Below are positions 51,041 to 63,010 of a stretch of 64,000 bases of DNA, in pieces. The DNA is from Camelus dromedarius (taxonomy: Eukaryota), in contig NC_087436.1 in assembly GCF_036321535.1 (NCBI RefSeq), positions 117,244,001-117,308,000 on the forward strand. Direction: 5' to 3'. The notes under the pieces were generated by a model, which saw nothing but the letters and a program-made list of their open reading frames with translations, was not told the DNA's origin and did not search any database. The position numbers and the translations under genes were made by a program. The first letter of the stretch is position 1. Every line of letters begins with the position of its first letter.

Positions 51041-52680
51041 CCTGCACTGCCCAATAGCCTCCTGTACCCATCTTTTATCCCTCAGTCCTTTCTCCAGACA
51101 GCAGTGATCTCCACAAAGTGCAGCTTAATCACATCTACTTAAAGGCCCACGGGAGTTCTCTTCAACGGCAACCCCTCTCCTTCACCTACAGAGGCTGCTT
51201 AATCGGCCCTGCTCACCTTTGCCACCTCACCCCATTCCTCCCTACCCTCCCTCAGGTGTCCAGACAGGCTGGCCTGTGTTCTAGACCTTGACCCAACCCT
51301 TTTCGCCTCTCTACCCTCCCATCCCTCCCCCGGCAGGATCTCCCTCAGATCTTCACAAGCTGCAACTCCTCCTTTAAGCCACATCTCCACCATCATCTCC
51401 CCCAGTACTACTAAATAGACCCTCTCCCATTGCTCTGAATGTTTCCTCCAGTGCCTATCACACACTGTGATTATTCATTCCTTCACTCTCATCCTTTAAA
51501 CAAGGACAAATAAACAAGTCATCTTTTCTCCCCAGCCAGATGAGGGAATGTCATGAGAGCAGGGGCATTGCCGCTGTCCTCCAGGAATGAGGGGCCAGCC
51601 CAGCACAGCCAGTAATCACTGAATCTTGATGGAATGAGTGACCCCAGACCAGTGGTTTCCAAACTGAGGTCGGCAAAGGTCCCTCAGGGTTTTCCCCTCT
51701 ACCATCCATCCTGTCTTGTCCGTGGACCTCCAAGGTCTAGGTCTGATGAGAATGAGGACTTCTGTTGAGGAAGGGAGGCTGCAAACCAGACCTTCATGGT
51801 CATACTGAGCCCCAGGTACAGCGCGTGGGCACAGAGCCCAATCCTGTGTCTCACTGAGCAGGACAGTTGGGAAGGGAGGGGTGCAGACCTCAGGGAATCT
51901 AGGCCAGGTATGGTGCCCAGAGGGCATTTGGAAATGGGTGGAAGCAGTTTGGGTTGCCATGGCGAAGAGGGGCACTCCTGGCTTCAGGAGGCAAAGGGTG
52001 GAAAACATTCTGCAATTGCACAAGTTCAGTCTCTCAAAATAAAGAATTGTTCCGCCCCATGTCGATGATGTTTCTGCTAACACTCTAATGCTTGGGCACC
52101 TCAGGGACGGGGGCCCACCACCCATCCAATCAAGGGGAGATCAGACAGGGACTTCCCTCTTCTTAAGCAAGGATCAGCAGAAAACCCCTGAGATTTGGAG
52201 GTCAGAGTCCCAAGCCTGAGCCCTGGCTCTGCTACTCAGGAGCTGGGTTACCTTGGCTAAGTCAAGTAACCTCTCTGAGCTTCAGTTTTCTCATCCAGGG
52301 AATATGGCAGCCAATACCTGCCTGACTCAGTTATTCCAAAGATAAATTATAAGCATTCCTAACACAATATATTCAGTAAATGCCAGTTGCCTTTTAAATC
52401 AAATTGCCACATATCGTACTCAGTTTATGGTGGAGCACAGCTTGATACAGAGGGCATTTGGAGAGCCAGGAGGCTCATCTCGTTGGGATGGGCAGGTCAG
52501 AGGAAAGGTTTAGGTACTGTTAAGGGTCAAAGGCTGTAACTCCAGCACCCCCTTCTGCAGGCTCGGCTCTCCCAGGCAGAGCCAGCTCTTGCCAGGAGGG
52601 GCTCCTCCACCACGTGGAGATGGGTGCTGGCAGCCTGACCTCTGCAGGGTGACTAGTCCGTGCCCTGGCTGTGGTTGCAG

Positions 52681-52808
52681 GTGGCATCCCCTTCATCCTG
52701 ACCGGTGAGCTCTTCCAGCGATCACAGCGGCCGGCTGCCTTCACCGCGGCAGGAACCACCAGCTGGCTCTCCAGCTTCGCTCTGGGGCTCCTCTTCCCGT
52801 TCGTTCAG
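52681..52808 (+). pseudogene. SLC2A9: SLC2A9 exon (human exon 11 equivalent), 128 bp
   Basis: ttgcag|GT GGC ATC CCC TTC ATC CTG ACC GGT GAG CTC TTC...TTC GTT CAG|gtatga. It translates [21 protein letters not shown]..., containing the sugar-porter ExFxxxxR motif, and its phase matches the 76-bp exon. Confidence 0.93.
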
Positions 52809-54947
52809 GTATGACCGACAAGGGGTCTTTTGCTCACGAGATTCCCTCAGAGTGATGGATGATTCAGAAAGCAGAGGCTGGTCCCCTCTCTACGGGAGAT
52901 TCATACTCTTGGTCTGAGGAAAGGGGAGATGTGCTTTGGTCCAAAGCCTTAATCCTCTCCCTCTCTCCCACACCTTCCGGAAGCTGCCCCTAAATGCTCA
53001 GGGAGTAGGTCTGCTGAGGGTCTGCAGGGAAACCTCAGTGATCATCTTAAACCAGCATTTTTGCAACGCGCTGGCCCCAGTGTGAGACAAGTCCGTGTCC
53101 TTGTTCCCGTGCACACGGCCACCCTGCCCTGCATGTAGCCTCCAGATTGTCATCCACATCCCCACGGCTCCTGTGGTCATTGTCCCAAGAATGATCACAA
53201 TCGACAGGGAATCGATAACTCAGGGAACAGACACAGGTTCTTTTTGTGTTAGACTCTATTCATTCACTCGCTCGTTCATTCAACACATATTTATTGAGCC
53301 CTTGCCTTGTACCTGGCATGATTTCCTGCAATAGAGATGGAGGAGGGGACAAAAACTTGTGTTCAATGGTCCCGGAGTGAAAAAGGAGGCAGGCAACCAA
53401 GGTGGACGTGAGGAGGTCAGAGAAGGCTTCTTGAAGCTGGTGACATCAGAGCGGAGACCTGAGTGAAGGGAGGGAGCAGCCTGGGAATGGAGACATCCAG
53501 GCAGAGAAGCAGCAAGTGCAAAGGCCCTGAGGCAGGGCCATGCTTGACCTGTGTAAGGAACAGCAAAGAGGCCAGTGTCGCTGGAACAGAAGGAGCAGGG
53601 AAGACCAGAGAGGCAGGAAATGAGATCAGAGGGTTCTCCAGGGCCAGGAACACAAAAGATGTTCTGCACAGAGCAAGGGACCCAGCTGCATTCCAGGAGG
53701 GAGGGTCAGGCTTCCCTGCTTTAATGCCCACCAGGGCTCCCTGCTGCCCAGAGAGCAGGTGACACCACTGGTGAAGGTGAGAATCTATCAGATGCCTCTG
53801 AGAAAGAACCCACCATCCATTCTCGGGGCCTATTTCAACCCTCCCCTGCCTCTCTATTAATAGTCTGCCTGTTAATTAGCTGGCGCTAAGCCCAGCACAT
53901 TCTGGATTCTCTGCTAGAAGCTGGGCTGAGTCGAGGTCAGCACCCGGCTGCAGATCCACGTGATGGCTACTCCTGCATCCACAGCTAGAAAGCAATTACT
54001 CTGCACCAGGCCCCCTGCACGAGGCTTTATGTGTTCATGTCACCCTCATGCAGCCCCCAGCTGGGGTTTCTCAGCCTTTCCATCTTGCAGAGAAGTGAGG
54101 CTCAGGGAGCAGACGTGATCAGCCCGAGAGCCTGAGTCACAGTCAAAGCCGGTGGCTCTGCCCCATCACGGCTTCCTCACCAACAGTCTCCATCAGCCTC
54201 CCCATCTCCTCAGTCTCAGAGTCAGGGGTTGAGGCACTCTGCAACTTTTAAAACATCCTGACTTAGCTACAGCCATTGCATGTCAGGGGAGGCCAGGAGC
54301 CAGGGAGTTAGAGATGCCTCTGCACCCATTTACTCCATCCTCAGGGCCCCTTCGCCTGGCTGCGCTCAGAACATAACAAATTGTCTTTTCAATTGACTTC
54401 AAACCTTTAATGGCTTTTTCCAGTTTGGTTCAAAGCCAGCAGAGCCAGGGGTTAGTAAAATATTCATTATCGTGGGGAAAATTCACTTCAAATCGCTTCT
54501 CTGTCAACACAGATCTCCCCAACACCCTTACAAATTAAGTGGAGAAATTCTAGAGCCTTCACACAGCCCACAACTAAGTTTTACACATCCTCGACGACGG
54601 CCGCTGTCTTCTGAGCGGTTTGGAGGAGAGGGCATGAAAGCTCTCACTGAACTCCCAGACCCAAAGCACCAGCTGGCTTTCCCGCTGCAGCCTGGGAGTT
54701 ACAGCACTGACATGCCACTAATGCTAGTGTTTACTGAGCGCTTGCCGCGGGCCAGGGAGCGCCTCTTTTTCTGCCTCGACAGATCAGAGACTGGAGCTCA
54801 GAAAGATGCTCAGAAAAATGACAGAGTCTAACTTGAACCCTGCTCTCACCCTCACCTGTAAGACAGGGAGATGGACCCCTTGGTTAAAAGCAGATGACCC
54901 TGTCCTAAAAGTCCATTTGAACTGGGGTTGAGTTGCTAATCATTAAA

Positions 54948-54948
54948 T

Positions 54949-54988
<40 letters not shown>
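54948..54988. repeat. (CA)n microsatellite
   Basis: tacatacacacac... run. Another CA run lies at ~14325-14349. Confidence 0.95.
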
Positions 54989-54991
<3 letters not shown>

Positions 54992-56739
54992 CAGAGAGAT
55001 CTCCAGCTAAAATCGATCCATCTGGCCTGTATTTCACGTTGTTCGTTTGGCAGATCCTAGCCCACCCGCAGCTTCTCCCAAACAGAAATGCAGGACTGCG
55101 TTTACCTTGAGACACTTTCTGAGTCGGGTGAGTCTGGGGCCCAGTTTTATGCTCAGTTCCATAAAGTGCACACCAGTTCAGGGTACTGAGCTGGAGTGCA
55201 GGTCAGGGAAAGGGTAGGGGAGAAGCCAGCGACACAACGGGGCATTTCCTAGGTGTCAGGTTACACGTGCAGTCACTCCGCTTCATGGAAGGTCTTACTA
55301 CCCCCACATACCAGTCAGGATGGGCTGCGGTTTGCTGCAGGAAGAAACAGCCCCCAAGTCTCAGTGGTGTCCGACCACCTGGGGTTATGTCACTCGTGCT
55401 AGATAATCACTGTGGGGAGGCTAGAGATTCTGTCCCAGAGCTTTCTGACTAGGATGCTGGCTGGCAGGACCCCTTCCTTCCGTAACAGCTGCCCCCGGGG
55501 CAGGTGGGGGGAATGTGGTAGGTTCCACACCTGCTCATTAAGACCCTGATGCACAAATTCCTGTGAGTGAAATTCACATGGCCACATCCTACCTGAGCGG
55601 AAAAGCAAGCTGCCTTCCAAGGGGAAGAGGCAGAAAGTTTGTGCCCTCCCCTGATGAGGACCCTAGCCCGCTTTTCGGAAGAAGGTTGGGTTCAGCAGGC
55701 CTGGGAGACCTGCCCGAGGCTAGGGAGCGGAAGCGCACAGTCACGGCCGTGGACTGGCGACTTCCTCTACCCACACGGCTTTTATGGGTTTCACTCTCCT
55801 TTCAGGATAACCTGCTTTCTGACGGCCTTGGCAACATGCTGGGGGGCTCACCACATTCATCCCAACTGGCTCGCTTCCCGCCAGGCACTCACCTGGCTGG
55901 CGGCCCTGGGGAGCCTGAGAGGTTTCTGGGGCCACCGCTCGTGCTGGGTCACCACTCATGCTGAGTCACCCTGCCATAAGGAGCTGGAGTGTCTGAGGAC
56001 AGAGTGGGACCAGGACTCAGGACTCTGAGGGTTAGTGTCTCTCCTGCAAGAGCCGCATGCTGAGGCTGTCACCACGTGTAAAAACACATCCATTTGCACT
56101 GTCAGGGTGATCTCAGAGATACATCAGTCCCAGGGATGCTGAGAGCCTGGCCTGAGCAGGGACTGTGGCCCGGGAGGGCTCGGCCTGGGCTAGGAGCTCA
56201 GGGCCAGGAGGGGTGCCACCCACCCACAGATCTGAGGTCCCACCAGGCGCAAATGACACACATCTGCGTGCCCATCTTAGAACATCCAGAACAGCTGCTT
56301 CCTGTCAGACATGTCGGAGCACAGGTGTCACGGGAAGAAGCCACCAAGATGGACAATCAGAGCCGACACTGATTAAGAATTACTGTGCACCTGCTTCTGG
56401 TCCAAGCATTGTACATATTTAATTCATTTACAAATGTAATTCATTTACTCCTGCAACAGCCCTGTGAGGTAGATGCCATTATGGCCCCATTTCACACATA
56501 GAGAACCTGATGCACAGAAAGGTTAAGTAATTTACCCAGGGTTGCCCAGCTAATGAGGGGTAGAAGTGGGATTGAAACCCATGCAGCTCCAGGCTGTGCC
56601 TTCCTGACCACTACACTATACAGTGTCCCCCCAGGAGTCACAAATCTTGACCAGTGTCTCCTACACGGAGGGTGAGAGGTGCTAATCCAGCCTTGCAAAT
56701 GAGACAGCAAGGTGAATCCCAGAGGCGCGGCCCTGGGAG

Positions 56740-57230
56740 TGTACGCCCTTCCTGGGGCTGCTCCAACAAATTAGCACAAAATGTGTGGCTTAATAGAAAT
56801 CTACTATCTTACAGCTCTGGAAGCCCGAAGGTCCAAAATCAGTCTCCCTGAGCTGAAGCCAAGGTGTTGGCAGGGCCGCACCCCCACCACAGGCTCCAGA
56901 GCAGAATCCAGTTTCTTGCCTTTCTCACCTTCTAGGATGCTTTCTGGAGTGCCTCGGCTCCCGGCCCCTCCCCATCTTCAAAGCCAGCAGTGAAGCATTT
57001 TGCTTCAATGATCACGTGGTCTCACCTTCCATGTCACAACTCTCTCAGCCTCCCTTTTATAAGGGCAGTTGTGATGGCAGTTAGGGTCGACCCAGATAAC
57101 ACAGGAGAGAATTTCCATCTCAAGATCCGAACCTAATCACATGTACAAAGTCTCTTTTTGCCATGTAAGGCAGGCAACATTCACAGGATGTCGGGTCCTG
57201 GGATTTGGAGCCATTCCACAGCCGACTACA
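56740..57230 (-). mobile_element. MLT1-family (MLT1D-like) solo LTR
   Basis: cagaaatctactatcttacagctctggaag...cttcaaagccagca...ccatctcaagatcc...tctctttttgccatgtaagg...gccattc. Confidence 0.72.
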
Positions 57231-58579
57231 GGAAGTACGGGTGGGTTTTGGAAGCCTGGCCTGGACACCTGGTCGGAGGCTGCCCAGGAGCCGGGCAGAT
57301 GTGCTGCTGAGTCCCTGACTACTTCCCCTCTGGTTGAGCACAGGGTGGTCCTGAGACCCCCTGGAGGAGTCATCAGGTGCCAGTTCTGGGGTGGGAGGGC
57401 TCCTGGTAGATTCCAAAAGGGCCTGGATGTGCCTGGTAGCAGGAGACAGACTGGACGCTCATACACTAACCACAAATAGTAATTGCATGCCTGGCCTTTG
57501 CTTCAGGCATTTGCTATTTCATCAGTGATGTGGGGTCGACCCCACTAGACCTTGTATGCTCTGGTAGGGAGCTCACGCTTGATCCTGTGGGCCAGAGGTT
57601 CTCAGCCCTGGAAGCACGTGAGATCCAGAAGGGTGAGTGAAAGAAATAATTAATGCTTGGGACCTGCCACCACCATCACCAAGATTCAGAGCTACTTGGA
57701 GCAGCGGGGGAGGGGCAGGGTGGCACTGTTTTAAGTGCTCCAGATGGTTCTAATGCATAGCGGTGGTTGAGACCCTCCAGAGCAGACATTTAGGAAACAG
57801 TGAGGATACTACACCACGGGACTAGTGATTGCGTTTGTGTTTCGGGAAGACCCTTCCAGCGGCTTGATGGAGGGGACAGGCTGTGGGCAGGGGACCTGGT
57901 GGCTGGGATTGTCTGTCACCTGGAAGAGGAATGGTGTTGGGTTGGATAGGGTGCCGGCCAAGGGAGGGATCAGTCAGGAGTGGAGTAGATCCGCTCTGCA
58001 GAGCCGGGGGGGGGGGGGGGGCGGGGGGAGGGGCATGCGCGAGGCAGCCCGGGCTGGGCCGACAGCCAAGCTGGTGGCAGTCACCTTGCTGTCAGGGCAG
58101 CGCACACCCCCCACCCCTGTCTTCATCACCCGTGTTTACAGTCCAGCGTCAGCCAGTCAGCAGCGCTGCCTTCCCGGTTGAACTCACGGCACAGCTACGT
58201 CTGAACTGGTCCACAGGAAGACCCCCACGATCTAAACAAGGCCGTGGGCATCATCAGGAGGGGAAAGGGGGCCTTCTTCCCTCCTTAGCCCTGACCTTTC
58301 AGCCTGGCTCGTGCCTCCTCTTTCCCAGGTGCCCAGTTAGTGTTGTGCTAGGTGACTGTCGGTTTGTTCCCAGGAAAGACGTCCATGAATGTGACACTGG
58401 CTTCACAGTTCAGAAGTTCGACGGCACAGCGCCTTCAAAAGTACTCAGTCCCGTCTTCCTTCCTGTTTACGGAGAGCACAGTTTATACGTCAGCATCGGT
58501 TTAGTAGGTCTGCCCGGTGAACCCTCTGTGGAAGCGAAACCTTTCGAACTTAAAAAGAAGGAACAGGGACTAAACAGAT

Positions 58580-59520
58580 AGAACAGTATAAAATGATTCT
58601 AGATGTATTCAGGACCAAAATGTGCACGCAAAACTAAAAACCAAACGGAAGACAAAGTAGGAAGGTATCACCATGACCCGGGCTGGGGAAGGACAAGACC
58701 CCTCAAAGCACAAACAATGGGGAGAGAAAGGGTAGATTCAACTACATCAAAATGGTGGGTTTCTGCCCAACAAGGAACGGCAGGGTCAAGGCTGCGGCAG
58801 ACGATGGGGCAAGAGAAGCCCTGTGTAGCCTCTAAAACTGATCAGGGAGCAACACCTGCAACAGTGAGGACCTCCTGTGGGTCAACAGTAAAAAGACCTG
58901 AGTCCTACAGGGAAGGGGAAGTAGAAAGGGCCGTTCCCAGAACTAGATGCCGAAGTGGTAACATGCGAGGGAAGAGAGGCCTTGAACTTGTTTAAATCAG
59001 ACAGACAGACTACACCGAGAACATGCCTCTGTGTACTTGCCCAGTTGTCAAATTAGAAATGTGGAGAATACCAGGTGTTGACAAAGACCTAGGGAAATGG
59101 GAGCCCTCAAGCACAGATCGAACAATCTGTTACTAGTTATTCAAAATTAAGCATCCGTATTCCCAATGACCCCAGACTCCACCCCTAGTTACATATCCCA
59201 GAGATTTTCACGTAGGTCCGTAGGATAGACTGTACAGGAATATTAACTACAGCCTTGTTTGTGGCAATGAGGGGTTAAAGGTAACCTGAGTCGCCATCCC
59301 TTGGGGAAAGTATAAATAAAGCATAGGAGAAACACACTACCAAATAGTTACGCTGCCGTGAAAAGCAGTGAACCCGATCTTGACCCGCAAGTGCACAGAT
59401 CCGACCCCAGTGCTGAGAGCAGAGCAGAGGAGTCTGAAGCCCGATACCATGTGTGTCGTTTATGTAAATTTAAAACACACATATAATGCAGGCGACTTAA
59501 AGACGCTGCAAGGGCACACA
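58580..59520 (+). mobile_element. Ancient L1 (L1ME-like) 3' fragments
   Basis: gatagattcaactacatcaaaat...aataccaggtgttgacaaagac...ggaaatgggagccctca...gaccccagactccacccctag...cagccttgtttgt. Confidence 0.55.
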
Positions 59521-59905
59521 CAGCCGGTGGGAAATGTTTGCCTTTAGAGAAATGTACAGTGTATTCTGTGAGTGTTTAGATTCCTGTGAACGCTGAGGGT
59601 CATGGCGATTTTGATCTCACAACAATAGTTCTTGGCACTTATTTAATAACCTTTTCATTTCTCTTTAGGCCATTCAACATCTAATTATTAAATAATTGAC
59701 ACATTGAAGATAGTAGGGAAAGTGGAATAAAGCTAAAATGAAGTAAATACTGTGCTCAGAATAAAGACAGTAAAAGTACTTCAGCTGGCATTTGTTTAAC
59801 CCAAATTAATTATAGTAAAGAAGAGTTTTTATTTTTAAAACACACATATATAAAGCAACAATACAGATTTTCAGGAAGAAAATGACAGAAAGTTGACTGG
59901 TAAAA

Positions 59906-59990
59906 AGATAGATGGATGATGATGGTGATGACGGATGGATGGATGGATGGATGGATGGATAGATAGATAATAGATAGACAGACAGATAGA
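59906..59990. repeat. (GGAT)n(AGAT)n compound tetranucleotide repeat
   Basis: ggatggatggatggatggatggatagatagataatagatagacagacagataga. Confidence 0.9.
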
Positions 59991-60939
59991 AAGAACTGGT
60001 TGATTTCAAGAACATCCATCAAACACTTGCACATGAGTTTGTCTAGGGTTGAGGGAAGCGCATGGAAGGGCAAAAGGAATGAGCACAGAGACTGAGGGGA
60101 AAAAGAGGAAAAACAAATCAATATAAATAAGAGAGGAATGGTACCCAGTCCAGTAATGATAGAAAGTCAAGAAACGGGGAGTGTGATTGACTCACCTTGC
60201 TGTGTCCTCCTCCTCCTCCTCTTCCTTTTTCCCTGTGAAGTTTCCTGGGAGAATTCCGAGGGAAGTCTAGTTATAAATGGCTCAGGATCTCTTGTAGCAA
60301 CTAAGAAAATACAAAGAAAAGCAAGTGAAAGCACCTGTGTCACGGGTTACTGATGCTGCTTCCTTCCTTTCTGCCAAATGTATGTAATTTTTTATATTTA
60401 TAAAAAATTGAAATTGATTTTTGTTTTCTTTTGTTTTTGGCTTTTCTCATCCGGCATGATTTTATGAGCCTTTCCTTATGCCCATGGGCATTTTTTTATG
60501 GCAACTTCCCTCTGGAAGCAGAGTTCCTGGGGCATCTCCTGGGTCTCTTGGTTTTCAGGGATTGTTCAGGACATGTTGGAGGTCTGCTGCTGACTAGAGT
60601 TGAATGGCCCTGCTGGACGCGCTGATAGAGACACTGGTCAAGTGGCCACGTTTAGATTTGGGGAAATTTCGGCCTCCTGATCAAGCTGGGGAGGACAATG
60701 TTGGTTAAATGTCCTTTCTGGACGGGAACTTGCCAAGGCAGAGGGCCAGGCTCCAGGGGCCACTGCTGGAAATGATGAAGGCATTGGGGACACACAGGAC
60801 TTACAAGTTCTGAGTCACAACCCTCCCCTTGCCCAGACCCTCCGGTGGGATCAGCTCTGCTTGCTGTAGACTCTGTAAACGAACCATTCCCATTCCACAG
60901 CCCTTCTCAAAGCCATCTCAGCCACAATCGAGAGCCACT

Positions 60940-61320
60940 GTGTTCCTTTCCCACGGCTACCATAACCAAGTGTCACAGGCTAGGGGGCTTAAACAGCAGA
61001 AATCTGCTGCCTCACAATTCTGGAGGCTGAAAGTCCAGGACGGAGGCCTTGGCAATGTTGGTTTCTTCTGAGGCCTCTCTCCTCGGCGTGCAGACGGCCG
61101 TCTTCTCCCTGTGTCCTCGCGTGTTCTTCCATCTGTGTGCGTCTACTCCTAATCTCCTCTTCTTGTGAGAAAACAAGTCACCTGGATTAGGGCCCACCCA
61201 TATGACCTCGTTTTACCTTATCACCTCTTTAGAGACCCCACCTCCAAATACAGTCCATCTGAGATACTGGGGGTTAGGATTTCAGCATGAAGCTTGAGGG
61301 GACGCAAGTCCGCCCACAGT
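60940..61320 (-). mobile_element. MLT1A/B-like solo LTR
   Basis: ggcttaaacagcagaaat...ctcacaattctggaggctgaaagtcca...ggattagggcccacc...ctccaaatacagtc...gggggttaggatttcagcatga. Confidence 0.78.
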
Positions 61321-62789
61321 AGCCACCAAGCACTGCTGTTCAAGCATTTTGGTCCTTTCACTTATTACAAAATGTGTCAGGGGCAAATGTCTCCCAGCCC
61401 CCAACAGAGGCCTGCAAGGAGCCTGAAATTCTTCAGAAAGAAGAAATATCTGTGCCAGCATGACTCTGGACAAAGGCATGAATCCAATCTGTATTGTAGC
61501 CCGTCCATTAGCAAAGGGGCCCTGGGCTGCCTCTCTAAGCCTCAGTTTTCTCAGTTTTCTCATCTGTTAGAGGATAAATACCCCAGCTCCCTGCTCCTCA
61601 TATGTATTGAGAAGGCTGTTTCCTGCCATGTGATTTCAGGGTCACCTGGAGAGAGGAGACAGGGCAGAAAGGGCAATCGTGGTGAATGCCAGAAACCTGC
61701 CCCACCCATCACTAGCTGAGCCATATGGGACAAACAGCCTCTCAAGGCTTGCCTCTCCCCTCCCTGCTCCTTCTCTACCACCCACCCTGCCCTCTTCCCG
61801 CAAGATGCTCTAGATGGGCTGGGCTGGGCTGGGCTGTCTTGACCCCTGGGAAGATTAATATCACTCTCTGGAGAAACAGCCATAGCCTGTCTTCTCCTCT
61901 AGGCCTTCGCTGTGGTCAGCATCATTGGGTCCCTTGGGACACTGGTTATAAAAGCCTACAGATTACTCGGACTTTTCCGTAAACATCAATATTTTCTGGT
62001 TTGGAGAAAAGTGCATGCAAATGTGTGCCTGCTTGATTCCACTGGAGTTACAAAATTCCACCTGAGTTCAATAAAATCTGGAAGGGAGAAAATGATGCTC
62101 TTCAACTTGAAAAATAGGGTCTTATCCCAAATACCTATGCAAAGTGAGGGGGAAAACTGACACAGATCTGGGAAAATGGGAGCTAAAATCAAGCAAAAGT
62201 GCCCCCAGCCTCTCTGGATGGGCCAAGTGGTCCTCCAAGGAAGACAGTCTTTTACCCACTCAGTCCCTGCAGGTACCAGCATTGTGCCAGAGGCAGGGAG
62301 GGCAGTGAACAGTGGGGCACAACCTGCCCCAACATTTTATAAAGAACAGATATGACTCTCGTGGGACAAGTGTAGTTTGTGTTTCACGGGAGGAGGTAAA
62401 ACGGGGTGGGGGGGTCACTTAACTGGACTGATCAGTGCAGGGACCTTTCAAGCTGAGATTGAAGAAGCACCTGCTTGGGGTAGGGGAGGGAGGCGATGCC
62501 TGGCAAGGGGATGGAAGATGCTGGCAGAAGCCCTGAGCAGGCATAGAGCAGGCTTCCGAGGGAAGGAGAGGATTTCAGGTCCTTCTGAGGGAGGACAGGA
62601 AGCTGGGGCCAAATCCCTCAAGGCATTGAGGCACTTAGGGACTTGGGGCTTATCCGAAGGACGGTGGAAGCCACTGCAAGATTTTAAGACATGATCCGTT
62701 TTGTGCTAAGAGACTTCTCTTTATCTGCCTGGTGGGAACTAGATTCAGGGCAGAGGAAGGAAAAATGGAAGCTAAGGTGATAGAAGCCA

Positions 62790-63010
62790 GCACAGCGGTT
62801 AACTCTGTGTGTGCTGGGGGTGGGATGAGGGACATTGACTAGAAAATGGCACAAGGAACTTTCTGGAGTGGCGGAAATGTTCCACATCTTAGTAGAGGTA
62901 TTGGTTACGCAGGGGTATACTTTCCTCTGAATGCACTGAACTCTACACTAGAGTTCTTTGCAAGTTATTATATGCAAACTATATATTGGTAAAAATTAGT
63001 ATTTTTTAAA
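62790..63010 (+). mobile_element. Ancient L1 3' end fragment
   Basis: gcacaaggaactttctggagtggcggaaatgttccacatctt...ggttacgcaggggtatac...actgaactctacact. Confidence 0.55.

Larger units (their letters stand above)
11666..52808 (+). pseudogene. SLC2A9: Partial SLC2A9/GLUT9 locus (three exons, TM9-TM11 region) with an in-frame premature stop; probable pseudogene or null allele
   Basis: Three AG/GT-bounded exons splice in frame (phases 0/0, 0/1, 1/0) to [100 protein letters not shown], colinear with GLUT9 as I recall it. Introns are 1387 bp and about 39.5 kb. Confidence 0.88.

Noticed and set aside
57250..57275. CTGGACACCT as the start of the last SLC2A9 exon (SLDTY)
   Set aside because: There is no proper acceptor, and the following codons do not give YCFLVF or PETK, so it is a chance match.
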